From assembly GCA_016215715.1 (NCBI GenBank), contig JACRIG010000072.1, positions 1-25,757 of the forward strand: 25,757 nucleotides of DNA. The letters are read 5' to 3'. Every line of letters starts with the position of its first letter. Within the stretch, counting starts at the first letter, position 1. Origin of the DNA: Candidatus Peregrinibacteria bacterium (GTDB lineage: Bacteria > Patescibacteriota > Gracilibacteria > Peribacterales > Peribacteraceae). Both the position numbers and the translations under genes were made by a program. Below the pieces are notes generated by a model, which made no database searches, had not been told where the DNA came from, and saw only the letters and a list, made by a program, of their open reading frames with translations. Positions 8,313-15,349 of this stretch are shown here, piece by piece.

Positions 8313-8345
8313 TTGCTGATGCTCAAATAGCTTAGTAGGATGTCG
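8313..8345 (+). promoter_or_regulatory. Putative sigma70 promoter for infA-rpmJ-alpha operon
   Basis: TTGCTG (8313-8318), 17 nt, TAGGAT (8336-8341), preceded by an AT-rich tract. Confidence 0.5.
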
Positions 8346-8382
8346 CGGCTCTTTCCCGCGTTTTTCCCCTTTCTTGCCATCT

Positions 8383-8676
8383 GTGTCCAAGGATGTCATC
8401 GAGCTCATCGGGATTGTGGAAGAGACCTTCCCGAATGCAACTTTTCGCGTTCGTATCCTCAGCACGCAGGCGAAGGATCATGAGCTCCACTGCCATCTCG
8501 CGGGTCGCATGCGCGTGAACCGCGTCCACATTCTCCCCGGTGACCGGGTACGCGTGGAAATGACCCCCTACGATTTACAGAAAGGGCGGATCACCTATCG
8601 CTTCCGCTCCGATCAGCCACTGCAACTCGATGGCTCCCCCAACGTTCCGATGCCTCCTCCCGCTCCCGCCAAATGA
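8383..8676 (+). CDS. infA: Translation initiation factor IF-1 with C-terminal Pro-rich extension
   Basis: [23 protein letters not shown]+[23 protein letters not shown]. Start GTG 8383 (alternative TTG 8374). Confidence 0.95.
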   Translation: MSKDVIELIGIVEETFPNATFRVRILSTQAKDHELHCHLAGRMRVNRVHILPGDRVRVEMTPYDLQKGRITYRFRSDQPLQLDGSPNVPMPPPAPAK

Positions 8677-8801
8677 AAGTCCGCGCCTCCGCCAAACGCA
8701 TCTGCAAGGATTGCTCCATCATCCGCCGCCGCAATGGTCGTGGCCAGCGCATCGTCCGCGTCATCTGTAAAAATCCGAAGCACAAGCAACGACAAGGTTA
8801 A
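8673..8801 (+). CDS. rpmJ: 50S ribosomal protein L36 (Zn-ribbon type); not in the ORF track
   Basis: Hand translation [42 protein letters not shown]; ATGA overlap with the infA stop. Confidence 0.97.
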   Translation: MKVRASAKRICKDCSIIRRRNGRGQRIVRVICKNPKHKQRQG

Positions 8802-8836
8802 TTTATTCCTGGCCCTCACCCCAACCCTCACTCTTT

Positions 8837-9217
8837 ATGGCCCGCATCTCCGGAATCGTCCTCCCCGGCAAAAAGCGTATCGTGATTGCTCTTACGGCGA
8901 TCAGAGGCATCGGTCAGCCGCTCGCGCAGCGGATACTCCACGATGTGGCCATCAGCCCCGATCTCCATACGGAGGCGCTCACCGAGGAACAGGAAGCGAG
9001 GCTCCGCGCGCGCGTCGAGCGCGAGACGACGGAAGGGGAGTTGCTGCGCAAAGTGTCTCTCGATGTGAAACGTCTGCAGGATATCGGCACGTGGCGCGGG
9101 ATGCGTCACCGCAAGAAATTGCCCGTCCGCGGACAGACCTCGCGCCGCAATGCTCGCACGAAGCGCGGCAAGAAGAAGACAGGATTGTCCGGTCGCACCG
9201 TCCTTACCAAGACATAA
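8837..9217 (+). CDS. rpsM: 30S ribosomal protein S13
   Basis: MARISGI.LP..KRIVIALTAI.GIG, RG.RHRKKLPVRGQ.SRRNART. Confidence 0.97.
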   Translation: MARISGIVLPGKKRIVIALTAIRGIGQPLAQRILHDVAISPDLHTEALTEEQEARLRARVERETTEGELLRKVSLDVKRLQDIGTWRGMRHRKKLPVRGQTSRRNARTKRGKKKTGLSGRTVLTKT

Positions 9218-9284
9218 TGCCCGCAGGCAGGAATGCCTGCTCCTGATTATTTTCCCCTAGCCCTAGCCCCAACCCTAGCTCACC

Positions 9285-9710
9285 ATGGCTACTCCTACTC
9301 CCGAAGTTACCACCGAATCCGAGGCTCCCAAGCCGAAGGTCCGTAAAAAGCGCGTCAAGCGCACGGTGCCCCATGCACGCGTGTGCATTCATGCGGGGGA
9401 GAACAATACGATCGTGACATTCACCGATCTTGAAGGGCATGTGCTCGGCTGGTGCTCCTCCGGCTCCGCCGGATTCGAAGGGACGCGCAAATCGACCCCG
9501 TATGCAGCGAAGGTCGCGGCTGAGACGGCCGCAGGAAAAGTCGCGGCCTTCGGCATCGAGTCGGTGCAGGTGGAAATCAAAGGCCTCGGTCCGGGACGTG
9601 AGCAGTCACTCCGTGGACTGCAGGCGGCGGGTCTCAATCTTGATGCGATCATCGATGTGTCTCCCATTCCTCACGGCGGATGCAGGCCGTCGCGCCGGCG
9701 CCGCGTTTAA
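9285..9710 (+). CDS. rpsK: 30S ribosomal protein S11
   Basis: NNTIVTFTD..G, GF.GTRKSTPYAA, G.GPGRE, D.SPIPHGGCRP..RRRV. Confidence 0.97.
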   Translation: MATPTPEVTTESEAPKPKVRKKRVKRTVPHARVCIHAGENNTIVTFTDLEGHVLGWCSSGSAGFEGTRKSTPYAAKVAAETAAGKVAAFGIESVQVEIKGLGPGREQSLRGLQAAGLNLDAIIDVSPIPHGGCRPSRRRRV

Positions 9711-9747
9711 ATCGTCTTCATCTTTTCATTCTTCTCCTTCCTTACTC

Positions 9748-10365
9748 ATGAAATATAACGGTCCCAAAGCACGGCGCTGTCGCAGACACGGCATGAACCT
9801 GTACGTCGCCGATAAGTACGACAGGATTCTCCAGCGCAAGCCCTACGGGCCGGGCAAGAGCGCGAAGACGCGTTCCGGACGTGACTCCGAGTACGCGAAG
9901 CAGCTGAAAGAGAAGCAGCGCGCGCGCGACATGTATGGACTCTCGGAGAAACAATTCGCAGGCCTGTACAAAGAAGCGACGCGTACGAAGGGAAAGACGG
10001 GTGACACGATGAAGCAGCTGCTGGAGCAGCGTCTCGACAATGCCATCTATCGCGCGGGGTTCGCGATGACGCGCCTCCAGTCGCGCCAGTTTGCCGGTCA
10101 CGGGCTGTTCCTCGTCGATGACCAGCGCGTCACGACGCCGTCCTACAGGCTCAGGCCCGGACAGAAAGTGACGATCCGCAGCAAGACGAAGGACTCCCCG
10201 ACAATTGCCGCGATCCTTGAGCGCCACGAAAAATATCTGCCGCCGAAGTGGATGAAGATCAATCCCGCTTCACGCACCATCGAAGTGATCGCCGTCCCCG
10301 GTCCCGAAGATGCGGAACAGGCCGTCGACATGCGCCTCGTCGTCGAGTTCTACTCCCGCACATAA
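9748..10365 (+). CDS. rpsD: 30S ribosomal protein S4
   Basis: MKYNGPKARRCRR, SEYAKQLKEKQR.R..YG, LEQRLDN.IYR.GFA; the true start lies inside the 9430 ORF. Confidence 0.96.
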   Translation: MKYNGPKARRCRRHGMNLYVADKYDRILQRKPYGPGKSAKTRSGRDSEYAKQLKEKQRARDMYGLSEKQFAGLYKEATRTKGKTGDTMKQLLEQRLDNAIYRAGFAMTRLQSRQFAGHGLFLVDDQRVTTPSYRLRPGQKVTIRSKTKDSPTIAAILERHEKYLPPKWMKINPASRTIEVIAVPGPEDAEQAVDMRLVVEFYSRT

Positions 10366-10433
10366 TCCCCAGCCACGTCACATTAATGTGACGTGGCGAA
10401 CCCCCGTCTTCCATCCACATCCCCCATACCCGT

Positions 10434-11435
10434 ATGCACATCATTCAGGAAGAAATCGGACTGCCCGTCTTCTCTACGTCGAAAGGGACGAAAGGCGACG
10501 ATTCCCACAAGGTCTTCACCATCTCGCCGCTCCCCCCGGGATTCGGCATGACGCTCGGAAATGCCCTTCGTCGCGCGCTTCTCAGCAGTCTGCCCGGTGC
10601 TGCCGTCACCTCGATCCGCGTGCAGGGTGCGCAGCACGAGTACACGACGGTGAAGGGGGTGACGGAGTCCGTCGTCGATATCATGCTCAACCTCAAGGAA
10701 CTGAAACTGCGCAAGCACAGTAAGGGTCCGGAGGTCATCACGCTCGACGTGAAAGGGCCGAAGGAAATCACGGCGAAGGATCTGAAACTCACGTCCGACA
10801 TCGAAGTCCTCAATCCCGATCTCCATCTCTTCACGATCGAGAAGGGAGGGTCCGTGAACATGCAGCTCACGGTCGAGAAAGGAGTCGGCTACGAGCCGGC
10901 CGCCGAGCGTAACCGCAAGCACCACGAGCCGGGTCTGATGTACATCGACGCGGCGTTCAGCCCCGTCGAGCGCGTCCGTTTCGACGTCGAGTCCGCACGC
11001 GTCGGTCAGCGCACGAACCTCGATAAACTGGTGATGGAAGTCGTCACGAACGGCTCCCTCACCGCCGAGGAAGCGATGCAGTTTGCGAGCCAGCTGCTCA
11101 CGAGTTACTTCACCTACTTCGGCTCCGACCAGAAGACCGTCGAGCCCGAGTTCATGGCTGACTTCACGCGCACGGCAGCACGCCCGGCCGAGGAAGTGAG
11201 TACCGGCGGTGCCGCACCCGTGAAGGAAAGCTACACCCCCATCGAAATCCTCAACCTCTCGCCGCGCACCCTCAACGCTTTGATCAACGCGGGAGTCGGT
11301 TCCATCGAGCAGCTCACCAAGTGCACGGAGTCGATCCTCAGCAATTTCCGCGGCTTCGGCGCAAAGGCCCTCGACGAAGTGAAAGACACGCTCGCGACCC
11401 GCGGACTGAAGCTCAGCGACGAAAGCGAGGATTGA
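10434..11435 (+). CDS. rpoA: RNA polymerase alpha subunit
   Basis: PL.PGFG.TLGNALRR.LLSSLPG.AV, HEYTT+.GV.E, alpha-CTD L.LS.RT.NAL..AG+, NFRGFG.K.L.E. Confidence 0.98.
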   Translation: MHIIQEEIGLPVFSTSKGTKGDDSHKVFTISPLPPGFGMTLGNALRRALLSSLPGAAVTSIRVQGAQHEYTTVKGVTESVVDIMLNLKELKLRKHSKGPEVITLDVKGPKEITAKDLKLTSDIEVLNPDLHLFTIEKGGSVNMQLTVEKGVGYEPAAERNRKHHEPGLMYIDAAFSPVERVRFDVESARVGQRTNLDKLVMEVVTNGSLTAEEAMQFASQLLTSYFTYFGSDQKTVEPEFMADFTRTAARPAEEVSTGGAAPVKESYTPIEILNLSPRTLNALINAGVGSIEQLTKCTESILSNFRGFGAKALDEVKDTLATRGLKLSDESED

Positions 11436-11477
11436 TTTTTGCTGTTCCCGTCGCTATTCTCCCGCTCCCCTCAGAAT

Positions 11478-11498
11478 CCCATAACCCGTAACCCGTAA
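11478..11498 (+). repeat. Heptamer tandem CCCATAA-CCCGTAA-CCCGTAA
   Basis: Read directly; ends 6 nt before the rplQ ATG. Confidence 0.8.
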
Positions 11499-11504
11499 CC
11501 TCCC

Positions 11505-11972
11505 ATGTTCCACCGACGCGCCGGTCACAGGCTCAATCAGAAACCCGCTCACGCCCGCTCTCTTGAGCGGAACCTCGTCACGTCCCTCGTTCTCTACGAG
11601 GCGATCCGCACGACCCGCAAGCGCGCACGTGTGATCCAGCCGATCTTCGACGGGCTGATCACGGCCGTAAAAAACAAGGAGCCGCAGCTCGCGATCCGCT
11701 ACCTCAACAAAGTCGTCACTGACCGCAACGCCAGCCGCAAACTGATGGAAGTTCTGAAAGATCGCTTCTCGCAGCGCTCATCGGGCTACACACGCATCGT
11801 TGCTGTGGGAAGCCGTAAGGGTGACGGAGCGGAACTTGTCGATTTGACGCTCCTCGACGCGGACAGCGGACAGCGGACAGCGGACAGAGGGCAAACGAAA
11901 AAAGTTCCGAAGTCCGAAGTCCGAAATCCGAAGTCCTCAACTCGTGCTGCGAAATCTTCTTCCCCCGCATGA
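11505..11972 (+). CDS. rplQ: 50S ribosomal protein L17 with repeat-encoded C-terminal tail
   Basis: MFHR..GH+L, RNL+TSL+LYE.I.TT..+A+, R.SGYTRI+..G.R.GDGAE.+.+.L. Confidence 0.96.
   Translation: MFHRRAGHRLNQKPAHARSLERNLVTSLVLYEAIRTTRKRARVIQPIFDGLITAVKNKEPQLAIRYLNKVVTDRNASRKLMEVLKDRFSQRSSGYTRIVAVGSRKGDGAELVDLTLLDADSGQRTADRGQTKKVPKSEVRNPKSSTRAAKSSSPA
11859..11936 (+). repeat. Two heptamer arrays inside rplQ: (GCGGACA)x4 and (TCCGAAR)x4
   Basis: 11859-11886 four perfect units plus GAGGGCA; 11906-11933 TCCGAAG, TCCGAAG, TCCGAAA, TCCGAAG. Confidence 0.9.
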
Positions 11973-12400
11973 AAACTTCCACGATTCCCGTATCGGCCCC
12001 CAAATGGCTGATCATCGATGCCGCGGGGCAGACGATCGGCAAAGTTGCGGTGAAGGCTGCACATCATCTGAAGGGAAAGCATCGCGCAAGCTACTCACCC
12101 CATCAGCTCTGCGGCGATCACGTGATCGTTGTGAATGTCAGCAAGGTCGCACTTCCTCCGAAGAAGGGGCTCCGGAAGACCTACCATCGCCATACCGGCT
12201 GGCCGGGCAACATGAAGGTCGCGAGTCTCACATGGATGCTCGAAAAGAAACCGACGTACGTCATCGAACACGCAGTGAAGGGCATGCTTCCGAGCAACCG
12301 TCTCGCCGGTGATATGATGCGCCGCCTGCATGTCTACGCCGACGACAAACATCCCTACGCGCCGCAGAAACCCGAAGCTCTTTCCCTCGCCCGATCATGA
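11969..12400 (+). CDS. rplM: 50S ribosomal protein L13
   Basis: W.+IDA.GQT+GK+A..AA..L.GKH+..YSPH..CGD.V+VVN, AVKGMLP.NRL. Confidence 0.97.
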   Translation: MKTSTIPVSAPKWLIIDAAGQTIGKVAVKAAHHLKGKHRASYSPHQLCGDHVIVVNVSKVALPPKKGLRKTYHRHTGWPGNMKVASLTWMLEKKPTYVIEHAVKGMLPSNRLAGDMMRRLHVYADDKHPYAPQKPEALSLARS

Positions 12401-12798
12401 GTGATTCCAAAAAGCAGTACTTCGGCTCCGTCGGGAAGCGCAAGACCGCGATTGCCCGCATCAAGCTGTACCAGAGCGGGACCGGAGCATTCACCGTGAA
12501 CGGTATGCCGCTGAAAGTCTATTTCACAGGTGTGCAGATCGAAAACGCTGTTGCGCCCCTTGCCCTCATTGGTGCGAAGACCGGGTATGACCTCGACGCG
12601 TACGTCGTCGGCGGCGGGAAAATGTCACAGTCGGATGCTGTCCGTCACGGCGTCACCCGCGCATTGCTTCTCGCAAACCCCGACATCCGCAGTGACCTCA
12701 AGCGCGCAGGGTTCCTCCGCCGCGACAGCCGCATCAAAGAGCGCAAGAAGCCGGGACTCCGCAGAGCGCGCAGAGCGCCGCAGTTTAGCAAGCGGTAA
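12397..12798 (+). CDS. rpsI: 30S ribosomal protein S9
   Basis: GKRKTAIAR, GGG..SQ.DA+RHG+TRAL, RD.R.KERKKPG..+AR+APQFSKR. Confidence 0.98.
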   Translation: MSDSKKQYFGSVGKRKTAIARIKLYQSGTGAFTVNGMPLKVYFTGVQIENAVAPLALIGAKTGYDLDAYVVGGGKMSQSDAVRHGVTRALLLANPDIRSDLKRAGFLRRDSRIKERKKPGLRRARRAPQFSKR

Positions 12799-12980
12799 AT
12801 TCTCCCTTCTCATATTCAGGAGCAGGCGTTCGGCCTGCGGGCGTGGCGAGAAAGCGCGTAGATTTTGCTATGTTGCAGGGGGGGCACGTTGACAGGAATA
12901 AAAATCAGTATCAATCTGTTCTTTGTGCAGACGTTCTGCACGTGGTTTGTTATCGGATCCTTGTCTTCACAGGAGCTGCC

Positions 12981-13328
12981 ATGACTCACGTCAAACAGGA
13001 GCCTACCAAGATCGACGAAGTCGGAGATGTCACACGGGTACGTCTCTTGCCCAAAAAACTTCTCGCCGAAGATCTGGTCGATCGTGTGGGGGGAGACCTC
13101 ATTGCCCTTGCCGGTAAAAAACAGAAGATCGCCGTCGATTGTTCAGCCGTTGAATGGATGTCCAGCAGGATGCTTGGGCATTGGCTCGATGCTAACAAGA
13201 AGAAGGGCTGCAGGGTCGTATTCTACGGCATCTGTGATGCGATCTTCGAGGTCTTTGTCATTTCTAAGCTCGACAAACAACTCACATGCCGCAAGACCGA
13301 AGGCGAAGCTCTCGCGGCACTTACGTAG
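12981..13328 (+). CDS. STAS-domain anti-sigma factor antagonist, 115 aa
   Basis: IAVDCSAVEWMSSRMLG (STAS phospho-Ser region), I.EVF.I+KLDK, EALAAL; SD AGGAG (12971-12975) before ATG 12981. Confidence 0.8.
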   Translation: MTHVKQEPTKIDEVGDVTRVRLLPKKLLAEDLVDRVGGDLIALAGKKQKIAVDCSAVEWMSSRMLGHWLDANKKKGCRVVFYGICDAIFEVFVISKLDKQLTCRKTEGEALAALT

Positions 13329-13354
13329 GCAGGATGCCGACAAACCACTCACCA

Positions 13355-13388
13355 GCCGGTTTTCCTCCCAAGGAAGACCGGCGCTTTC
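13355..13388 (+). terminator. Terminator-like hairpin after the STAS gene
   Basis: 11-bp stem 13355-13365/13372-13382 (one G-U) with only a weak T-tract. Confidence 0.45.
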
Positions 13389-13482
13389 AAAAATCTTCAC
13401 ACAATTCGGAGCCTGTATCAGCGAAAAAAGGTTCAAACGACCCTTGGATACACGATGTGTTTTCGATGATGTCGGCTTTCTT

Positions 13483-13842
13483 TCAGGCTGCGACTGCTAT
13501 CTTCACGTAATAGACGCTCTTGCCTTCCGGCGTGTCGAGAATGAAACGTGCATCGATGGTGGTGAGCTGCACGATGGTCTGGCACATCCGGAGGAGCATG
13601 CGGGGCGGCAGGCTGATGCCGGCCTCGAGGCACAGCGCGCAGAGTCCTGCGGAGTCTTTGGAGCGGATGTAGGGGTCGCCCTTTTTCTGGATGATGCCAT
13701 AGAGCGCCTGCTGGACCTGTGTCACGTAGCGCTCAACGTAGATTTCCAGCTGCTCCACCGGCAGATCCTGAATTTCAGGGAGTGCCTCGACGATGTCGAG
13801 GTCGCGGTGGATGGCATGCGCTATGCAGGTTTCGATGGACAT
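13483..13842 (-). CDS. Hypothetical protein, 119 aa
   Basis: Natural-looking helical sequence. TGc-TACAAT (13883-13875) ends only 2 nt before the annotated TTG 13872, so ATG 13842 is preferred. Confidence 0.7.
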   Translation of the reverse strand: MSIETCIAHAIHRDLDIVEALPEIQDLPVEQLEIYVERYVTQVQQALYGIIQKKGDPYIRSKDSAGLCALCLEAGISLPPRMLLRMCQTIVQLTTIDARFILDTPEGKSVYYVKIAVAA

Positions 13843-13938
13843 GTGTGTTTGGGGTGTGTTTGTGAAATCCAATTATTGTAGCACGAAACCTCTCCGGACT
13901 CAATGCCTTGAGGGGGCTATTATCATGCCTCCGGCCCT

Positions 13939-14109
13939 TACTTTCTTTTCTCGGCCAAAGAAAAGAAAGTAGCCCTTCGTCGTCGGCCCCTTCTTTGTCA
14001 CCCCGATGCGGAGACGAGGGGCGGCAAAGAAGGGGCCCGCTCAGGATAAACTCCGAAAAGTTCGCCGCCGGCTGTGCATTCCCGCTGGCCGACCCCCCCG
14101 AGCCGGCGG
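13939..14109. repeat. Three consecutive inverted repeats (REP/MITE-like element or structured RNA)
   Basis: 13-bp stem 13939-13951/13959-13971; 13-bp stem 13985-13997/14025-14037 (extends inward); 9-bp stem 14065-14073/14101-14109. Confidence 0.65.
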
Positions 14110-14126
14110 AGCCCCTCCACCAGCGT

Positions 14127-15323
14127 TTAGCCTCTTGTGATTATCTTTTTATTCAAATAAAGAATTGCAATCAAACCAGCGATACAGAGGTTTCGCAGAT
14201 TCAGCACAATCACAGCCAAAAACGACCGAAAATGCAGCAGATCGTCGTACAGAACAGGATAGATCCAGTGCGTCAGGGCGGCCGTTACAATCGTGAGGCC
14301 GGGGAGGAGCCAGGGCAGGATACGACGGGGATTGTTCAGAAGTTGCTCTGCGTCGTACACAAGGAGAAGCGGAATGATCCAGACAAAATACTGCGGGGAG
14401 AGAACGGGGGTCGTGAACAGGACCCAGAGCAGGGGGAGAAACAAGAAGGAAGGATCAAATGCGGAGCGCATATTTTGCTTTTCGCTCTTGTTCCGGAAGA
14501 AGAGAAAAATCAGACCCGCGACGGTTGTGACGGATGCGATGATGGCAAGAATCGGATGCCCCGTGATCTCGTATGCCTGCGCTGTTGAGTCAATGGTGAG
14601 GATCGTTCCCGAGATTGCTGACCAGAGGAGGAGTGCGCCTGCCCAGCTACTTTCCACCTGAATGCCGCGGACTTCGTGGTAACTGAGCATGTAACTGACG
14701 TTCGCCACCACGGCCTGCGGGCCTATGATCAACAGAGGAATCGCTATGCCGAGGAAGAGTCCGCCGATACATCCGAGCAGCACACCGCTGCGTTTATCAT
14801 TCGGAGATTGCAGCCACAGGAAGGGCAGAACGAGAATCGGGACGATTTTGAGTGAAGCGCTGAGGCCGAGGGAAACGCCGGCAAGGAAATGGCGATTACG
14901 TTCCCATGATTGCCACGTCAGAAAGAGGAGCAGGGCGATAAGGATGTCGTACCGTGCGAGCATAAGTTCATTCCCGAGCAGCGGTATGCAGAGGAGGAGT
15001 GCAGCGGGAAGGAGCGCAGCCTTCCGACGACTTCCCGTCAAAAACGTCCAGAGGCATGAAAGTACGATCGTCAGGAGGAGAAATCCCTTCCACGTATTAT
15101 TGAAAGACACACGAAAGGGATTTTCCTGAAAAATGTAGAAGAGCGCGGATGCGAGCGGCGGATACTCGCTCCTCAGCTCCGCGATCGTCCCGCTCTTCAG
15201 ATCCCGCACCTGCATCCCGATACGGACGAAGGGTCCCATCGTGATGCGCGTCTGCATCGTGACGACCGCAAAAGCACCGATGAAAAGCGCCGTCAGGAAG
15301 CCGGCGATGAAGACGCGCTGCAT
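14127..15323 (-). CDS. GT87/DUF2029-like GT-C membrane glycosyltransferase
   Basis: EYPPLA, RYD+L, LKIVP+LVLP, YH..RG+QVES, VLSPQY..W; multi-TM. Start ATG 15323 lies downstream of a - strand TGg-TACACT. Confidence 0.8.
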   Translation of the reverse strand: MQRVFIAGFLTALFIGAFAVVTMQTRITMGPFVRIGMQVRDLKSGTIAELRSEYPPLASALFYIFQENPFRVSFNNTWKGFLLLTIVLSCLWTFLTGSRRKAALLPAALLLCIPLLGNELMLARYDILIALLLFLTWQSWERNRHFLAGVSLGLSASLKIVPILVLPFLWLQSPNDKRSGVLLGCIGGLFLGIAIPLLIIGPQAVVANVSYMLSYHEVRGIQVESSWAGALLLWSAISGTILTIDSTAQAYEITGHPILAIIASVTTVAGLIFLFFRNKSEKQNMRSAFDPSFLFLPLLWVLFTTPVLSPQYFVWIIPLLLVYDAEQLLNNPRRILPWLLPGLTIVTAALTHWIYPVLYDDLLHFRSFLAVIVLNLRNLCIAGLIAILYLNKKIITRG

Positions 15324-15333
15324 AAACAGAAAA

Positions 15334-15343
15334 AGTGTACCAT
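15334..15343. promoter_or_regulatory. Overlapping divergent -10 elements
   Basis: + strand TACCAT 15338-15343 (6 nt before ATG 15350); - strand TGg-TACACT 15342-15334 (10 nt before ATG 15323). Confidence 0.5.
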
Positions 15344-15349
15344 GGCCGT

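Noticed and set aside
9430-9747. Apparent 106-aa N-terminal extension of S4
   Set aside because: Overlaps rpsK in another frame; S4 homology starts at ATG 9748
12889-12917. Perfect TTGACA upstream of the STAS gene
   Set aside because: No TAnnnT at 16-18 nt spacing, so not called as a promoter
13027-14588. 284-aa and 226-aa + strand ORFs
   Set aside because: Overlap better-supported genes or the hairpin element; composition not protein-like
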